64,000 nt of DNA from an uncultured delta proteobacterium (lineage in GTDB: Bacteria > Desulfobacterota > Binatia > Binatales > Binataceae), in the NCBI GenBank assembly GCA_963711565.1, contig CAVQEQ010000001.1, forward strand, positions 864,001 through 928,000. The letters run 5' to 3'. The notes beneath the pieces were generated by a model, which was not told the origin of the DNA, made no database searches, and saw only the letters and a program-made list of their open reading frames with translations. This document shows positions 19,421 to 28,708 of this stretch, piece by piece. Every line of letters starts with the position of its first letter. Position 1 is the stretch's first letter. The position numbers and the translations under genes were made by a program.

Positions 19421-19473
19421 TTAAATATTGACTGAAATATTAAGTTTGTCAAGTTCAATATCAAAGATATTAA
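19421..19473 (-). promoter_or_regulatory. Sigma70-type promoter and AT-rich repeats upstream of the DUF2089 gene
   Basis: Minus strand TTGACA (19452-19447), N17, AATATT; repeated TTAATAT/ATATTAA half-sites. Confidence 0.55.
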
Positions 19474-19581
19474 GAAGAAACTCAAAAGGCTGGCTGATGG
19501 CGAGCGGAGATGGTACGGCCTTAAGCGACGCCGGGAAAACCACCAATCAATGACAAAAAGTTAAGACTCTTTGAATTTCGT

Positions 19582-19630
19582 TTTACACTGGGCTTACCGG
19601 TCGTTATTCTCGCTACCTATCGAACGGTAG
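19582..19630 (+). promoter_or_regulatory. TetR gene promoter with two operator-like sites
   Basis: TTTACA-N17-TATTCT; TTACCGGTCGTTAT (19594-19607) and CTATCGAACGGTAG (19617-19630). Confidence 0.6.
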
Positions 19631-19661
19631 AAGAGGCCTTCGAGGAGATCCAACAGCGAAC

Positions 19662-20318
19662 ATGCCCAAAGCACTACTGAAGACCAAACTTCGAAACGTG
19701 CGCACCAGGCGCACGAGTCACGCGATTTCGGATACCTATGACCAGATTCTCGCAGTGGCCGAGCAGGAGTTCGCCAACTCGGGATACAACGGCACTTCGC
19801 TCGAAGTGATCGCGCGCCGCACCGGCATCCGCAAGGCCTCGCTGTTCCATCACTTCACCAGCAAGCGCAAGATTTTCGACGCGGTCGTCCGGCGGATTTT
19901 CGATCAGCTCGTCTCCATCGGACGCGAGACCGCGCAGATCGAGAATCCGAGGGAACACCTGCTCGCGATCGCCGGCCGCCTGCACGATTTCATCGCGAGT
20001 CATCCGAACCACGCGCGTCTATTGATGCATCGCGTGCTCGAGGATCCCGCGAGCGTGCGCCGATCGTCCGAGGTGTTCATCAAGCCGCTGGTCGTCGAAA
20101 TGGCCAAGCTGGTGGTCCGCGGAATTGAGATGGGAGTAATCCGCAACACCGACGGTCCGATAACTCTGACGCTCATCGCGCTTGCGATACCGATCCTGCC
20201 GTACTCGTTCGCGCCGGTGGTCGAAGCATGCACCGGCATCGAGGTGTTCTCACCGGAAAGTATCGCGGTCATTCGAAGTCAAGTGCTGCATCGGATGGAG
20301 ATACTCCTCAGCCCCTAG
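19662..20318 (+). CDS. TetR/AcrR family transcriptional regulator
   Basis: ILAVAEQEFANSGYNGTSLEVIARRTGIRKASLFHHFTSKRKIF. Confidence 0.93.
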   Translation: MPKALLKTKLRNVRTRRTSHAISDTYDQILAVAEQEFANSGYNGTSLEVIARRTGIRKASLFHHFTSKRKIFDAVVRRIFDQLVSIGRETAQIENPREHLLAIAGRLHDFIASHPNHARLLMHRVLEDPASVRRSSEVFIKPLVVEMAKLVVRGIEMGVIRNTDGPITLTLIALAIPILPYSFAPVVEACTGIEVFSPESIAVIRSQVLHRMEILLSP

Positions 20319-20430
20319 CTGAACCGCTCCAAGGTTGCGGCGCGGGTCGCTCGCAAACCCGTAGCAGGACGAGCGCATCAGCGAATGTAAAATTTAACCG
20401 TTCAGCAACCTGCCAGGGTGCGTTTGTACA

Positions 20431-20484
20431 TTGACATTTGACGAGACCGCAATTATTGTCCGACGCGAAACTACCGATCGGTAG
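20431..20484 (+). promoter_or_regulatory. Sigma70 promoter plus perfect 14-bp palindromic operator
   Basis: TTGACA(20431)-N17-TATTGT(20454); CTACCGATCGGTAG at 20471-20484. Confidence 0.7.
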
Positions 20485-20712
20485 GTAGGAATCGAGCTTG
20501 GGGGCTCTGAACCGACCATCCGACTGATCGCAGGTAGCGACGGGACGCGAATTGAATCGAAACCAGGCGCCGCGCGGTGTCCAGCCGTAAGTCGCGTGTG
20601 CCGCTGGAGAAGGAGGTTTTTCTTTCGGCTGAGAGCGCAGGCCCCGCGGTTGAATAGTGGGGAGCTATACGAAAATCAAAGTTCGGAATCGACCGTTAGA
20701 TAGGGAGGATCT

Positions 20713-22254
20713 ATGAAAAGGCAGTTTCTGATTCTGGTCCTGGCCGGTGGCCTGGCGCTGATGGCGGCGCCCAACGCGAGCGCCACGACACCGGGTTTTT
20801 GCGGACACAACTACGCCATGCTGATGCAGGGGGCCGAAGCCAATCCAAATCCCGCCACTGGATCAGGCGATGTAGCAGGGCCTGGCGGATATCCCGGATG
20901 GCTCACCGCCATCGTCGGCGTTGGCGTTATCCAGTTCTCCTCAGACTGTAGCTCAATCACCGGTGAATTGATCTACAACGACGGCAACGTCCAGTTTTCC
21001 GAAACCGGCATCGGCATCTTTGCCGGCCCGGCGCAGTGCTACTCGGCGGAAACCATATTCTCTCAAGGTATGCCGTGTTTCGACGGTACCAACCACTTCA
21101 GTGCCGCCACTGTCACGACCGCCGGAGAGCCGCCCGGGATGGCGCTGCTGCAATTCACCGCCGAATTCAATGCATACGACATCGGCGCTGCACCAGACTC
21201 AGATGCCACGGGTACTATGCCATTCGCATTCACTATCCATGGGACGACGGGAAACTCTGTCCTGGTGGGGAACACGGTTCCATCAACTGTCACGACTGCG
21301 GGAGCACCGGGCGCACCGGTGCTTACTTTGACTCTGGAGGAGCAATCGGTGGCGGCTGACTTGAACCCCGTTCCCACCACCTTCGGCGCGGCTCCATACC
21401 TCGGCAACTCGGCAATCATTTGCAGTGGCACAGGTGCCGACGATGACGACCTGATCTCCGATATCTCTAATGGCGATTCGGGAGGAGTCGCGGGAAGCTA
21501 CGGCAACGCCGTTGGATCGGTCCAAATCTTCGCGAGCGGGCAAGCCGGCGGACTCCTCAGCTTCAACGGCAATGATAACCTCCAGGTTACTGGGAGCACC
21601 GCGTCTGTTTCCAACAACGCGGCCTGCGACTTTACCGAGGTTCCCGATCCTTTTGACGGGCCTGCCACGTTTGCCGACGGTACCAGCAACCTTTGGAGCA
21701 CCATCAGCAGCCCTAACCCCGATGCGACGTGCAGCGATTCGTCGGAGAGCGGCGGCGGATTCGAAACCAGCCAGGTAGCCTGGGGCACCATTGACCAGAA
21801 CTCCTATGCGATGGTGACGGGTCTTCATGAAACATCTTTCGGATTCCTACCGCCGGGTGAGATGTCAACTTGTACCCATATCGCCAACACTCCGGCAGGG
21901 ACTGTCCACATTGCGCCGGCCAGCCTTACGCTGACCGAGAACGGCAACACCGGAGTCAAGGCCATCACGGTGACCAACACCAGTCCGGTGGGATGCGACA
22001 TAACGGCAACACTTGGCGCCGTCAGCGGACCCGGTACGGTAACGTTGACCAACGCCACCAGCACCGAAACCACGACCGTGGAAGGCGGAGCGCCTGAACT
22101 TAATTCCGCTGGAACCCTTGGCGTCAGTTGCACCCAGCCAGTAACGAGCGCGCGGAGTCCTGATCCACAGACCGCGACAGCGACAGTGACGGTGACCTCG
22201 GTGGCTTGCCAGCTAATCGGGACCACGTCGATTCCGGTAACCTGCAAGAACTAA
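20713..22254 (+). CDS. Secreted acidic Thr/Gly/Ser-rich hypothetical protein (candidate surface protein)
   Basis: RBS GGGAGGA, Sec signal MKRQFLILVLAGGLALMAAPNASA, dispersed Cys, very few Lys/Arg, beta-rich C-terminus. Confidence 0.8.
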   Translation: MKRQFLILVLAGGLALMAAPNASATTPGFCGHNYAMLMQGAEANPNPATGSGDVAGPGGYPGWLTAIVGVGVIQFSSDCSSITGELIYNDGNVQFSETGIGIFAGPAQCYSAETIFSQGMPCFDGTNHFSAATVTTAGEPPGMALLQFTAEFNAYDIGAAPDSDATGTMPFAFTIHGTTGNSVLVGNTVPSTVTTAGAPGAPVLTLTLEEQSVAADLNPVPTTFGAAPYLGNSAIICSGTGADDDDLISDISNGDSGGVAGSYGNAVGSVQIFASGQAGGLLSFNGNDNLQVTGSTASVSNNAACDFTEVPDPFDGPATFADGTSNLWSTISSPNPDATCSDSSESGGGFETSQVAWGTIDQNSYAMVTGLHETSFGFLPPGEMSTCTHIANTPAGTVHIAPASLTLTENGNTGVKAITVTNTSPVGCDITATLGAVSGPGTVTLTNATSTETTTVEGGAPELNSAGTLGVSCTQPVTSARSPDPQTATATVTVTSVACQLIGTTSIPVTCKN

Positions 22255-22284
22255 GGGTAAGTTCGAACCCATAATCCCCAAACC

Positions 22285-22314
22285 GAACGGCGGGCCCGCA
22301 AGGGTCCGCCGTTC
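22285..22314 (+). terminator. Stem-loop between convergent genes
   Basis: GAACGGCGGGCCC-GCAA-GGGTCCGCCGTTC; no clear U-tract. Confidence 0.55.
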
Positions 22315-22336
22315 ACCCCTCCCACCAAAGCAGCGC

Positions 22337-23431
22337 TTACGGCGCAGGATGCTGCTGGCTCAGGCAGTGGACGGAGCCGAGACCCCAGACCAGGTCGGTC
22401 GAGGGCACGCCGACGACGACGCGGCCCGGAAAGAGTTTGGAGAGAGTCGAGGCGGCGACGTTATCCTGCGGGCAATCAAACCTCGGCATCAGGACCGCGC
22501 GATTACCGGTGTAGAAGTTCGCGTACGAGGCGGGCAGGCGAGTGTCCTCGTGGATGACGGCGGGAGGCATCGGGAGCGTTTCGATTTTGAACGGACGGCC
22601 GTCCTGATCGCGCGCTGCGCGCAGCCGCGCGAGGTTGTCCTGCAAGACCTTGTAGTTCACGTCGAGCGGGTCGTCTTCGACGACGGTGACGATCGTGTCG
22701 GCGGCGACGAAGCGTGCGAGGTCGTCGATGTGCCCGTCGGTGTCGTCGCCGGCGATTCCGTCGCCGAGCCATAGCACGTTGGTCACGCCAAGATAGGTGC
22801 GCAGGTAATCCTCGATATCGACGCGGCTCAGTGTCGGATTCCGGTTGGGGTTGAGCAGGCACGACTCGGTGGTGAGGACGGAGCCGGCGCCGTTGACGTC
22901 GATCGAACCGCCTTCGAGCACGATGCCCGGCTCGATCACTTCGAAGCCGTAGCGCGCGCTCAGCTTTTGCGGAACTACGTCGTCGAGATCGAAGGCGCCG
23001 TACTTTTCGCCCCACGAGTTGAAGCGCCAGTCGAGTGCGATCTGATTTGGGCCCGCGCGCGCGGCGCTTGCGAGACGGTTGACAAAAATCGGGCCGTGGT
23101 CGCGCACCCACGCATCGTTGGTCGGCAAATGAAAAATGTCGATCGGATGAAGCGGGCCGGGCGCTTCCTTTTCGGTGCGGCGTGCGGCGTCGCGAATCAT
23201 CGCGGGAACGTCGTCGAGCTGCGCCGCGTCAGTGACCATCAAGCGGACGGGCTCGAAGCGCGCAATCTTCGCGACCATATCCGCATAGATCGCTGGGATG
23301 ACGTCGAACTTGCCGGGCCAGGTGTCGCGATTGTGCGGCCATGCGAGGTAGCAGGCGAGGTGCGGCGCCCACTCCGGTGGCATCCGATAGCCCGCGAGAG
23401 TGCGGCGATGTTCAGGTGGGATTGCGGTCAC
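22337..23431 (-). CDS. aguA: Agmatine deiminase (PPAD family)
   Basis: RMPPEWAPH, DAWVRDHGP, FNSWGEK, LEGGSIDVNG, DDTDGHID, ASYANF, GSVHCLSQQ. Confidence 0.92.
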   Translation of the reverse strand: MTAIPPEHRRTLAGYRMPPEWAPHLACYLAWPHNRDTWPGKFDVIPAIYADMVAKIARFEPVRLMVTDAAQLDDVPAMIRDAARRTEKEAPGPLHPIDIFHLPTNDAWVRDHGPIFVNRLASAARAGPNQIALDWRFNSWGEKYGAFDLDDVVPQKLSARYGFEVIEPGIVLEGGSIDVNGAGSVLTTESCLLNPNRNPTLSRVDIEDYLRTYLGVTNVLWLGDGIAGDDTDGHIDDLARFVAADTIVTVVEDDPLDVNYKVLQDNLARLRAARDQDGRPFKIETLPMPPAVIHEDTRLPASYANFYTGNRAVLMPRFDCPQDNVAASTLSKLFPGRVVVGVPSTDLVWGLGSVHCLSQQHPAP

Positions 23432-23433
23432 GG

Positions 23434-24309
23434 CTAAGAGCGATAGCGGCGAGTCAGGTCGGCGTAGGCGTCGATGCGGCGATCGCGCAGGAAGGGCCAG
23501 TTGCGGCGGACTTGCTCGATCTTGGCAAGGTCGCATTCAGCGACGAGCGTCTCTTCTGCGCTGGCGCTCGCGCGCGCGATCACTTCGCCGAAAGGATCCA
23601 CCACGAAGGAATCGCCCCAGAACTCAAGCTCACCCTCGACGCCAACGCGGTTGACTGCCGCGACGAAGACGCCGTTGGCAATCGCATGACTGCGCTGAAT
23701 CGTTTCCCACGCGTTGACCTGCTTGGGGCGGACTTTTTCCGGCTCGCCATGCCACCATCCGATGGCCGTCGGATAGAAGAGAATTTGCGCGCCGGCCATC
23801 GCGGTCAGGCGCGCGGCTTCGGGGAACCATTGATCCCAGCATACGAGCACGCCGACCGAGCCGCGCGAGGTGGGATGCGCGACGAAATCGAGATCGCCGG
23901 GGGTGAAGTAAAATTTTTCGTAGTAGCGCGGGTCGTCGGGGATATGCATCTTGCGGTAGCGCCCGACGATTTTGCCGGCCTCGTCAATGACGGCGGCGGT
24001 GTTGTGATACACGCCCGCCGCGCGGCGCTCGAAAATCGACGCGACGATGATTATCTTGCGCGCCTTGGCGACGGCACCGAGCGCATCAGTCGTAGGACCG
24101 GGAATCGGCTCGGCGAGATCGAAAAATTTGGGGTCCTCGACTTGGCATGGGTACTGCCCACCGAACAACTCCTGGGTGCATACGATGTGTGCGCCGCGCT
24201 TCGCGGCCTCCTCGATTTTGGCGATCGCCTTGTCGAGGTTAAGACGCGGCTCAGCCGCACAGCTCATCTGAATCAGCCCGATAGCGACCTTGCCTGCGTG
24301 CGATGCCAT
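23434..24309 (-). CDS. aguB: N-carbamoylputrescine amidase (carbon-nitrogen hydrolase)
   Basis: QELF, YRKMHIPDDP.YYEKFYFTPGD, VCWDQWFPE, WPFLRDRR; adjacent to aguA. Confidence 0.9.
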   Translation of the reverse strand: MASHAGKVAIGLIQMSCAAEPRLNLDKAIAKIEEAAKRGAHIVCTQELFGGQYPCQVEDPKFFDLAEPIPGPTTDALGAVAKARKIIIVASIFERRAAGVYHNTAAVIDEAGKIVGRYRKMHIPDDPRYYEKFYFTPGDLDFVAHPTSRGSVGVLVCWDQWFPEAARLTAMAGAQILFYPTAIGWWHGEPEKVRPKQVNAWETIQRSHAIANGVFVAAVNRVGVEGELEFWGDSFVVDPFGEVIARASASAEETLVAECDLAKIEQVRRNWPFLRDRRIDAYADLTRRYRS

Positions 24310-24476
24310 GACAATGGTGATAGCAACCACGCGAGTCCCACGCCATCGCATAGGACAATCACGTTACTATGGGCACGAAACAAAATCGGCGTGGGCGGTT
24401 GCATGTACCCGGCTGTGATATTGTAATAGAGCGCGCAAAAGAACCCGCGCTGGAGAATTTCGGGACTGCCCGCCGC

Positions 24477-24580
24477 TGATAGCCGGGTCCTGCGCAAGGG
24501 AAGGCCGCGAACCCCGCCAGGTCCGGAAGGAAGCAACGGTACCGGCTGCCACCCTGTGCCGCAGGGGTGCCTGGCTATCA
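24477..24580 (+). ncRNA. ffs: Signal recognition particle RNA (4.5S, small type)
   Basis: Conserved domain IV GAACCCCGCCAGGTCCGGAAGGAAGCAACGG in a long hairpin closed by TGATAGCC/GGCTATCA; canonical position upstream of dnaX. Confidence 0.95.
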
Positions 24581-24614
24581 TTCGACGGGCAGTCTCGAGC
24601 GAAAAAATTTCGCG

Positions 24615-26490
24615 ATGGCCGAATCTCAAACCCCACATCTCGTACTCGCGCGCAAATGGCGGCCCGAACGCTTCTCCGAGCTGGTCGGCCAGGAGCACGT
24701 GACGCGCACGCTCGGCGAAGCGCTGAAGCGCGGCAGAATTGCGCACGCGTTTTTGTTCACCGGGATTCGCGGCGTCGGCAAAACTACGGCGGCGAGGATT
24801 CTCGCGCGGTGCCTCAATTGCGAGAAGGGGCCGACCGCGGAGCCGTGCGGCGAATGCGCGGCGTGCGTCGAGATTCGCGCCGGCTCGTCGCTCGACGTCA
24901 ACGAGATCGACGGCGCGACCTACCGCAAGATCGAGGACGCGCGGGCGATCATCGAAAATCTCAGCTACCGGCCCGCGCGCGACCGCTTCAAGATTTACAT
25001 TATCGACGAGGCGCATCAGCTTACCGACTCAGCCTTCAACGCGCTGTTGAAGACGCTCGAGGAGCCGCCGCCACACGTCAAGTTTATTCTCGCGACGACC
25101 GAGCCGCAGAAGATGCCCGAGACGATCCTCTCGCGGCTGCAGCGCTACGATTTTCGGCGCATCCCCTACCTCAAAATTCTCGAGCGGCTGCAGGATCTCG
25201 CGGGCCGCGAAGGCGTCGAGGTCGAGGAGAGCGCGATCCGGCTGCTCGCGCGCGAGGCCGGCGGCAGCATGCGCGATGCGGAGCGGATGCTCGAGACGGC
25301 AATCGCGACGGCGGCGGGCAAAGTTACCGAGGCCGAGGTCGCCGCGTCGCTCGGCGTCGCGAGCAGGACTACCGTGTTGAAGTTGGCCGACGCGATTCTG
25401 CAGAAGAACGCGGCGACAGCGCTTGCCCATGTGCGTGAACTCGCGAGCCGCGGCGCCAACCTTGAATCGCTGGGGCGCGATCTGCTCGAGACGATCAGAA
25501 ATCTCGCAGTCGCGAAACTTCCCGGCGACGCCGACACTCCGCTCGACGACATTCCCGATCATGAAGTGGCGGAGCTGAAGCGCCTGGCTGCGGGCGCGAG
25601 CGCGCGCGATATCATGAGGCTGTTTCGCCTGATGGCCGATTCGCAGGAACAGATTCTTAAATCGCCCTACCCCGATTTGCTGCTCGAAATGGCGGTGGTG
25701 CGGATGGCGTCGTTGGCGGCTGGTGATCGACGCTGACGAATTGCTGCGCGCGATCGGCTCGACGCCTGCCTCAGGCACTCCGCCCGCATCGTCGGGCGGT
25801 GGCTCTGGTGGCCGCGGTGCGGCGAAGCCGGAGCCCGCGCCGAGTCCGCAATCGAGCGGTGCGCGGCGGCTGCGCGTCGAGGGCGAGGTCAAAGCCGACG
25901 CGCCACTGCGAAGTGAGTCTCACGACGACGGTCCGCGCGAACTTCCCGAACTGCGCGATTTTATCCGCGGACGGCGCGCGGCGCTCGCCGGGTTCATGGA
26001 GCAGGGCGCGGGACTCGCGCTCGACGGCGACATCCTGACGGTGACGGCGCGCAACGACATTTACATCCGCTATCTGAGCGACAACAAAGCAGTGATCGCG
26101 GAGCTTGCGAGCGAGCATCTAGGCCGCGCGATTCGAGTCGAGTTGTCGGCCAACGGTGCGGCGAATAGCGCGGCCAGCCGGCCTACGATTCCGCTCGCGA
26201 GCAACGGTCTCACACGCGAGCTGCCGTCCGCGCCGGCGATGGCCGCAAGCAATCCGGTTGCGGAACAAGCTCCCAAAAAACCGGCGCCGTCGAGACCGAT
26301 CGAATCGATCAGAGAATTTGCGCCCGCATCGCCGGCGACAGAGACGGCGCGACGAACCGCGACGCCCGAGGAGCGGCAGGCGGTGCTGGCGGATCCCTCG
26401 GTCCGAAGAGTGTTCGATACATTGGATGCGCGGCTGGTGGAATTGAGGATGCCGAATTCAGCAGATGCTTCGGCGAAGGAATCAAAGTAA
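24615..26490 (+). CDS. dnaX: DNA polymerase III subunit gamma/tau (split by a +1 frameshift near 25720)
   Basis: LARKWRP, GIRGVGKTT, C4 zinc module, IIDEAH, FNALLKTLEEPP, ILSRLQR, GSMRDA. First frame stops at 25736; the tau-like C-terminus ending DPSVRRVFDTLDARLVE is in the +1 frame. Confidence 0.92.
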
Positions 26491-26530
26491 TACGTTGCCG
26501 CAGGGAAACCCGCGGCAAGGAGCGATTAGA

Positions 26531-26860
26531 GTGGCAGAAATTGATTTGTCGGCATTGATGCAGCAGGCGCAGGCGCTGCAGACGCGAATGAAGGAAATGC
26601 AGGATGCGGCGTCGCTGAAAACCGTTGAAGCGCAATCGGGCGGCGGGATGGTGCGGGTCGTCGTCAACGGTACGCTGCGCGTGCGCAAAATAGAAATCGA
26701 CGCCGCGCTCGTCGGCGCCAACGACAAGTCGATGCTCGAAGACCTGATCCTGGTGGCCGTCAACGACGGGATTGCGCGCGCGCAGAAGATGCTCGCCGAC
26801 GAGATGGGCAAGCTTGGCCCGCTGAGCGGATTGCAGATCCCGGGCTTCGGCAACGAATGA
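26531..26860 (+). CDS. ybaB: YbaB/EbfC nucleoid-associated protein
   Basis: LMQQAQALQ, SGGGMVRVVVNG, MLEDLILVAVNDG; between dnaX and recR. Confidence 0.95.
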   Translation: MAEIDLSALMQQAQALQTRMKEMQDAASLKTVEAQSGGGMVRVVVNGTLRVRKIEIDAALVGANDKSMLEDLILVAVNDGIARAQKMLADEMGKLGPLSGLQIPGFGNE

Positions 26861-26873
26861 CGGATCGCGTGTG

Positions 26874-27497
26874 ATGGCGGAGAACCTGAAGCGCCAGGAC
26901 GGACTGCCGCCCGCGATGACGCGGCTCGTCAAGGAACTGTCGCGCTTGCCGGGGATCGGCGAGAAGACGGCGTCGCGGCTCGCATTCAACCTGCTCAATC
27001 GGCCGCGCGACCAGGTGATCGCGCTGGCGGAATCCCTGCTCGAAATGAAAGAGCGCGTCGGCCTGTGCTCGGGATGCTTCGGCCTGTCGGACCATCCGCG
27101 CTGCCAGATTTGCGACGACGAAGCTCGCGAGCGCGAAGTGATCTGCGTCGTCGAAGGGCCGGCGGACCTGATGGCAATCGAGCGCGCCCGCAGTTTCGGC
27201 GGCGTGTATCATGTGCTCAACGGCGCGCTCGCGCCGCTCGACGGCATCGGCCCCGACGACATCAAGATGAAGGAACTGATTGCGCGCGTCAGCCCTCCCG
27301 CAGTTGTTCGCGAGGTGATAATCGCGACCAATGCGACCGTCGAGGGCGAGGCGACCGCGCTCTACATCGCGCGCATGCTGAAACCGCTCGGCGTCAAGAC
27401 GACACGGCTCGCGCGCGGACTGCCGGCGGGCGGCGACCTCGAATACAGCGATTCCGCCACGCTGACCAGCGCGCTAAGCGGCCGCCGCGAACTCTAG
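26874..27497 (+). CDS. recR: Recombination mediator RecR
   Basis: LPGIGEKTASRLA, CSGC..CQIC, YHVL.G.LAPLDGIGP, TVEGEATA, RLARGLPAGGDLEY. Confidence 0.97.
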   Translation: MAENLKRQDGLPPAMTRLVKELSRLPGIGEKTASRLAFNLLNRPRDQVIALAESLLEMKERVGLCSGCFGLSDHPRCQICDDEAREREVICVVEGPADLMAIERARSFGGVYHVLNGALAPLDGIGPDDIKMKELIARVSPPAVVREVIIATNATVEGEATALYIARMLKPLGVKTTRLARGLPAGGDLEYSDSATLTSALSGRREL

Positions 27498-27502
27498 TTG
27501 TC

Positions 27503-27856
27503 GTGCACATAGACTTCGGACCTTTCTTCAGGTCAGGAATCGCGACGATGTTCGCGATCGCGCTGTCGGCATGCGGCGGTCCTGCGCCGCCGATGACTCC
27601 CGCACAGCGTGGGCGAATCGTGTACATGACGAATTGCGTGGTTTGCCATAACGCCGATCCCAACCTGCCGGGGAGCCAGGGACCGCCGATCGCAGGCGCA
27701 TCGCGGGAGCTGGTGTACGATCGCGTAATGTTTCTGAAGTATCCGCCGGGGTACACGCCCAAACGCGACACGCATCTGATGCGCCCGCTGCCGCAGCTGG
27801 CGAACCAAATCGACGACCTGACCGCGTTCCTGGCCGAGGCGGCGAAGGAGAACTGA
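27503..27856 (+). CDS. Monoheme cytochrome c lipoprotein
   Basis: Lipobox LSAC, heme motif CVVCH, distal Met (HLMRP). Confidence 0.85.
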   Translation: MHIDFGPFFRSGIATMFAIALSACGGPAPPMTPAQRGRIVYMTNCVVCHNADPNLPGSQGPPIAGASRELVYDRVMFLKYPPGYTPKRDTHLMRPLPQLANQIDDLTAFLAEAAKEN

Positions 27857-27980
27857 AAGGCGTTTGTCTGGAGCCAATCGTCAGGCGTAACATCGGATCG
27901 CAGAGCCCAATTTCGGGACCATTCACCAATCAGCCGGGCCCGCGAATATCGATTCGAGCCCGAAAAGGACGGTCATCATC

Positions 27981-28562
27981 ATGGCATTTAAACTTCCCGA
28001 ACTCCCGTACAGTATCGACTCACTGAAACCCAACATCTCGGCCGAGACGCTCGAGTATCATCACGGCAAGCATCACAACGCCTACGTCACCAAGCTCAAC
28101 GAACTGATCGAGGGCGGCAAGTTCGCGAGCGCCTCGCTCGAAGAGATCGTCAAGAGCGCAGAGCCCGGACCGCTGCTGAACAATTCGGGGCAGCATTTCA
28201 ATCATTCCTTCTACTGGAAATCGTTGAGTCCCAAGGGCGGCGGCGCACCGAAGGGACCGGTGGCGGACGCGATCAAGAAAGCCTTCGGCGATTTCGAGGC
28301 GTTCAAGAAAAAATTCAGCGAGGCGGCCACCGGCCACTTCGGCAGCGGATGGGCATGGCTGGTGCGCGCGAAGGACGGCACCGTCCAGGTAATCTCGACG
28401 CATGATGCGGGATGCCCGATACGCGAGGGGCAGACGCCGATTCTCACCTGCGACGTGTGGGAGCATGCGTACTACATCGACTATCGCAACGCGCGGCCCA
28501 AGTACGTCGAGGCATGGTGGAACCTGGTCAACTGGGATTTCGCGAACGAAAATCTGAAGTAG
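27981..28562 (+). CDS. sodB: Fe/Mn superoxide dismutase
   Basis: HHGKHHNAYV, NHSFYW, FGSGWAWL, DVWEHAYYIDY. Confidence 0.95.
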   Translation: MAFKLPELPYSIDSLKPNISAETLEYHHGKHHNAYVTKLNELIEGGKFASASLEEIVKSAEPGPLLNNSGQHFNHSFYWKSLSPKGGGAPKGPVADAIKKAFGDFEAFKKKFSEAATGHFGSGWAWLVRAKDGTVQVISTHDAGCPIREGQTPILTCDVWEHAYYIDYRNARPKYVEAWWNLVNWDFANENLK

Positions 28563-28708
28563 TCGAAGGCACAGAGATAATCGCGCATCGCAACTGCCGC
28601 GAGGAGATGCGCCGCGCGGGCGATCCGGCCATGTTCGAGCGGATGGTTGCGCGGCGGCTGGCGTAAAGTCGCGGAATGATAGCTGGGCTGCGCGCCCCGC
28701 ACCCGCGC

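Noticed and set aside
20460-20600. c-di-GMP-I riboswitch (GACGC.AAA, GGTAGGTAG resemblance)
   Set aside because: The GCAAA...GAAA hairpin and P1/P3 arrangement were not found; the segment is better explained as an operator palindrome
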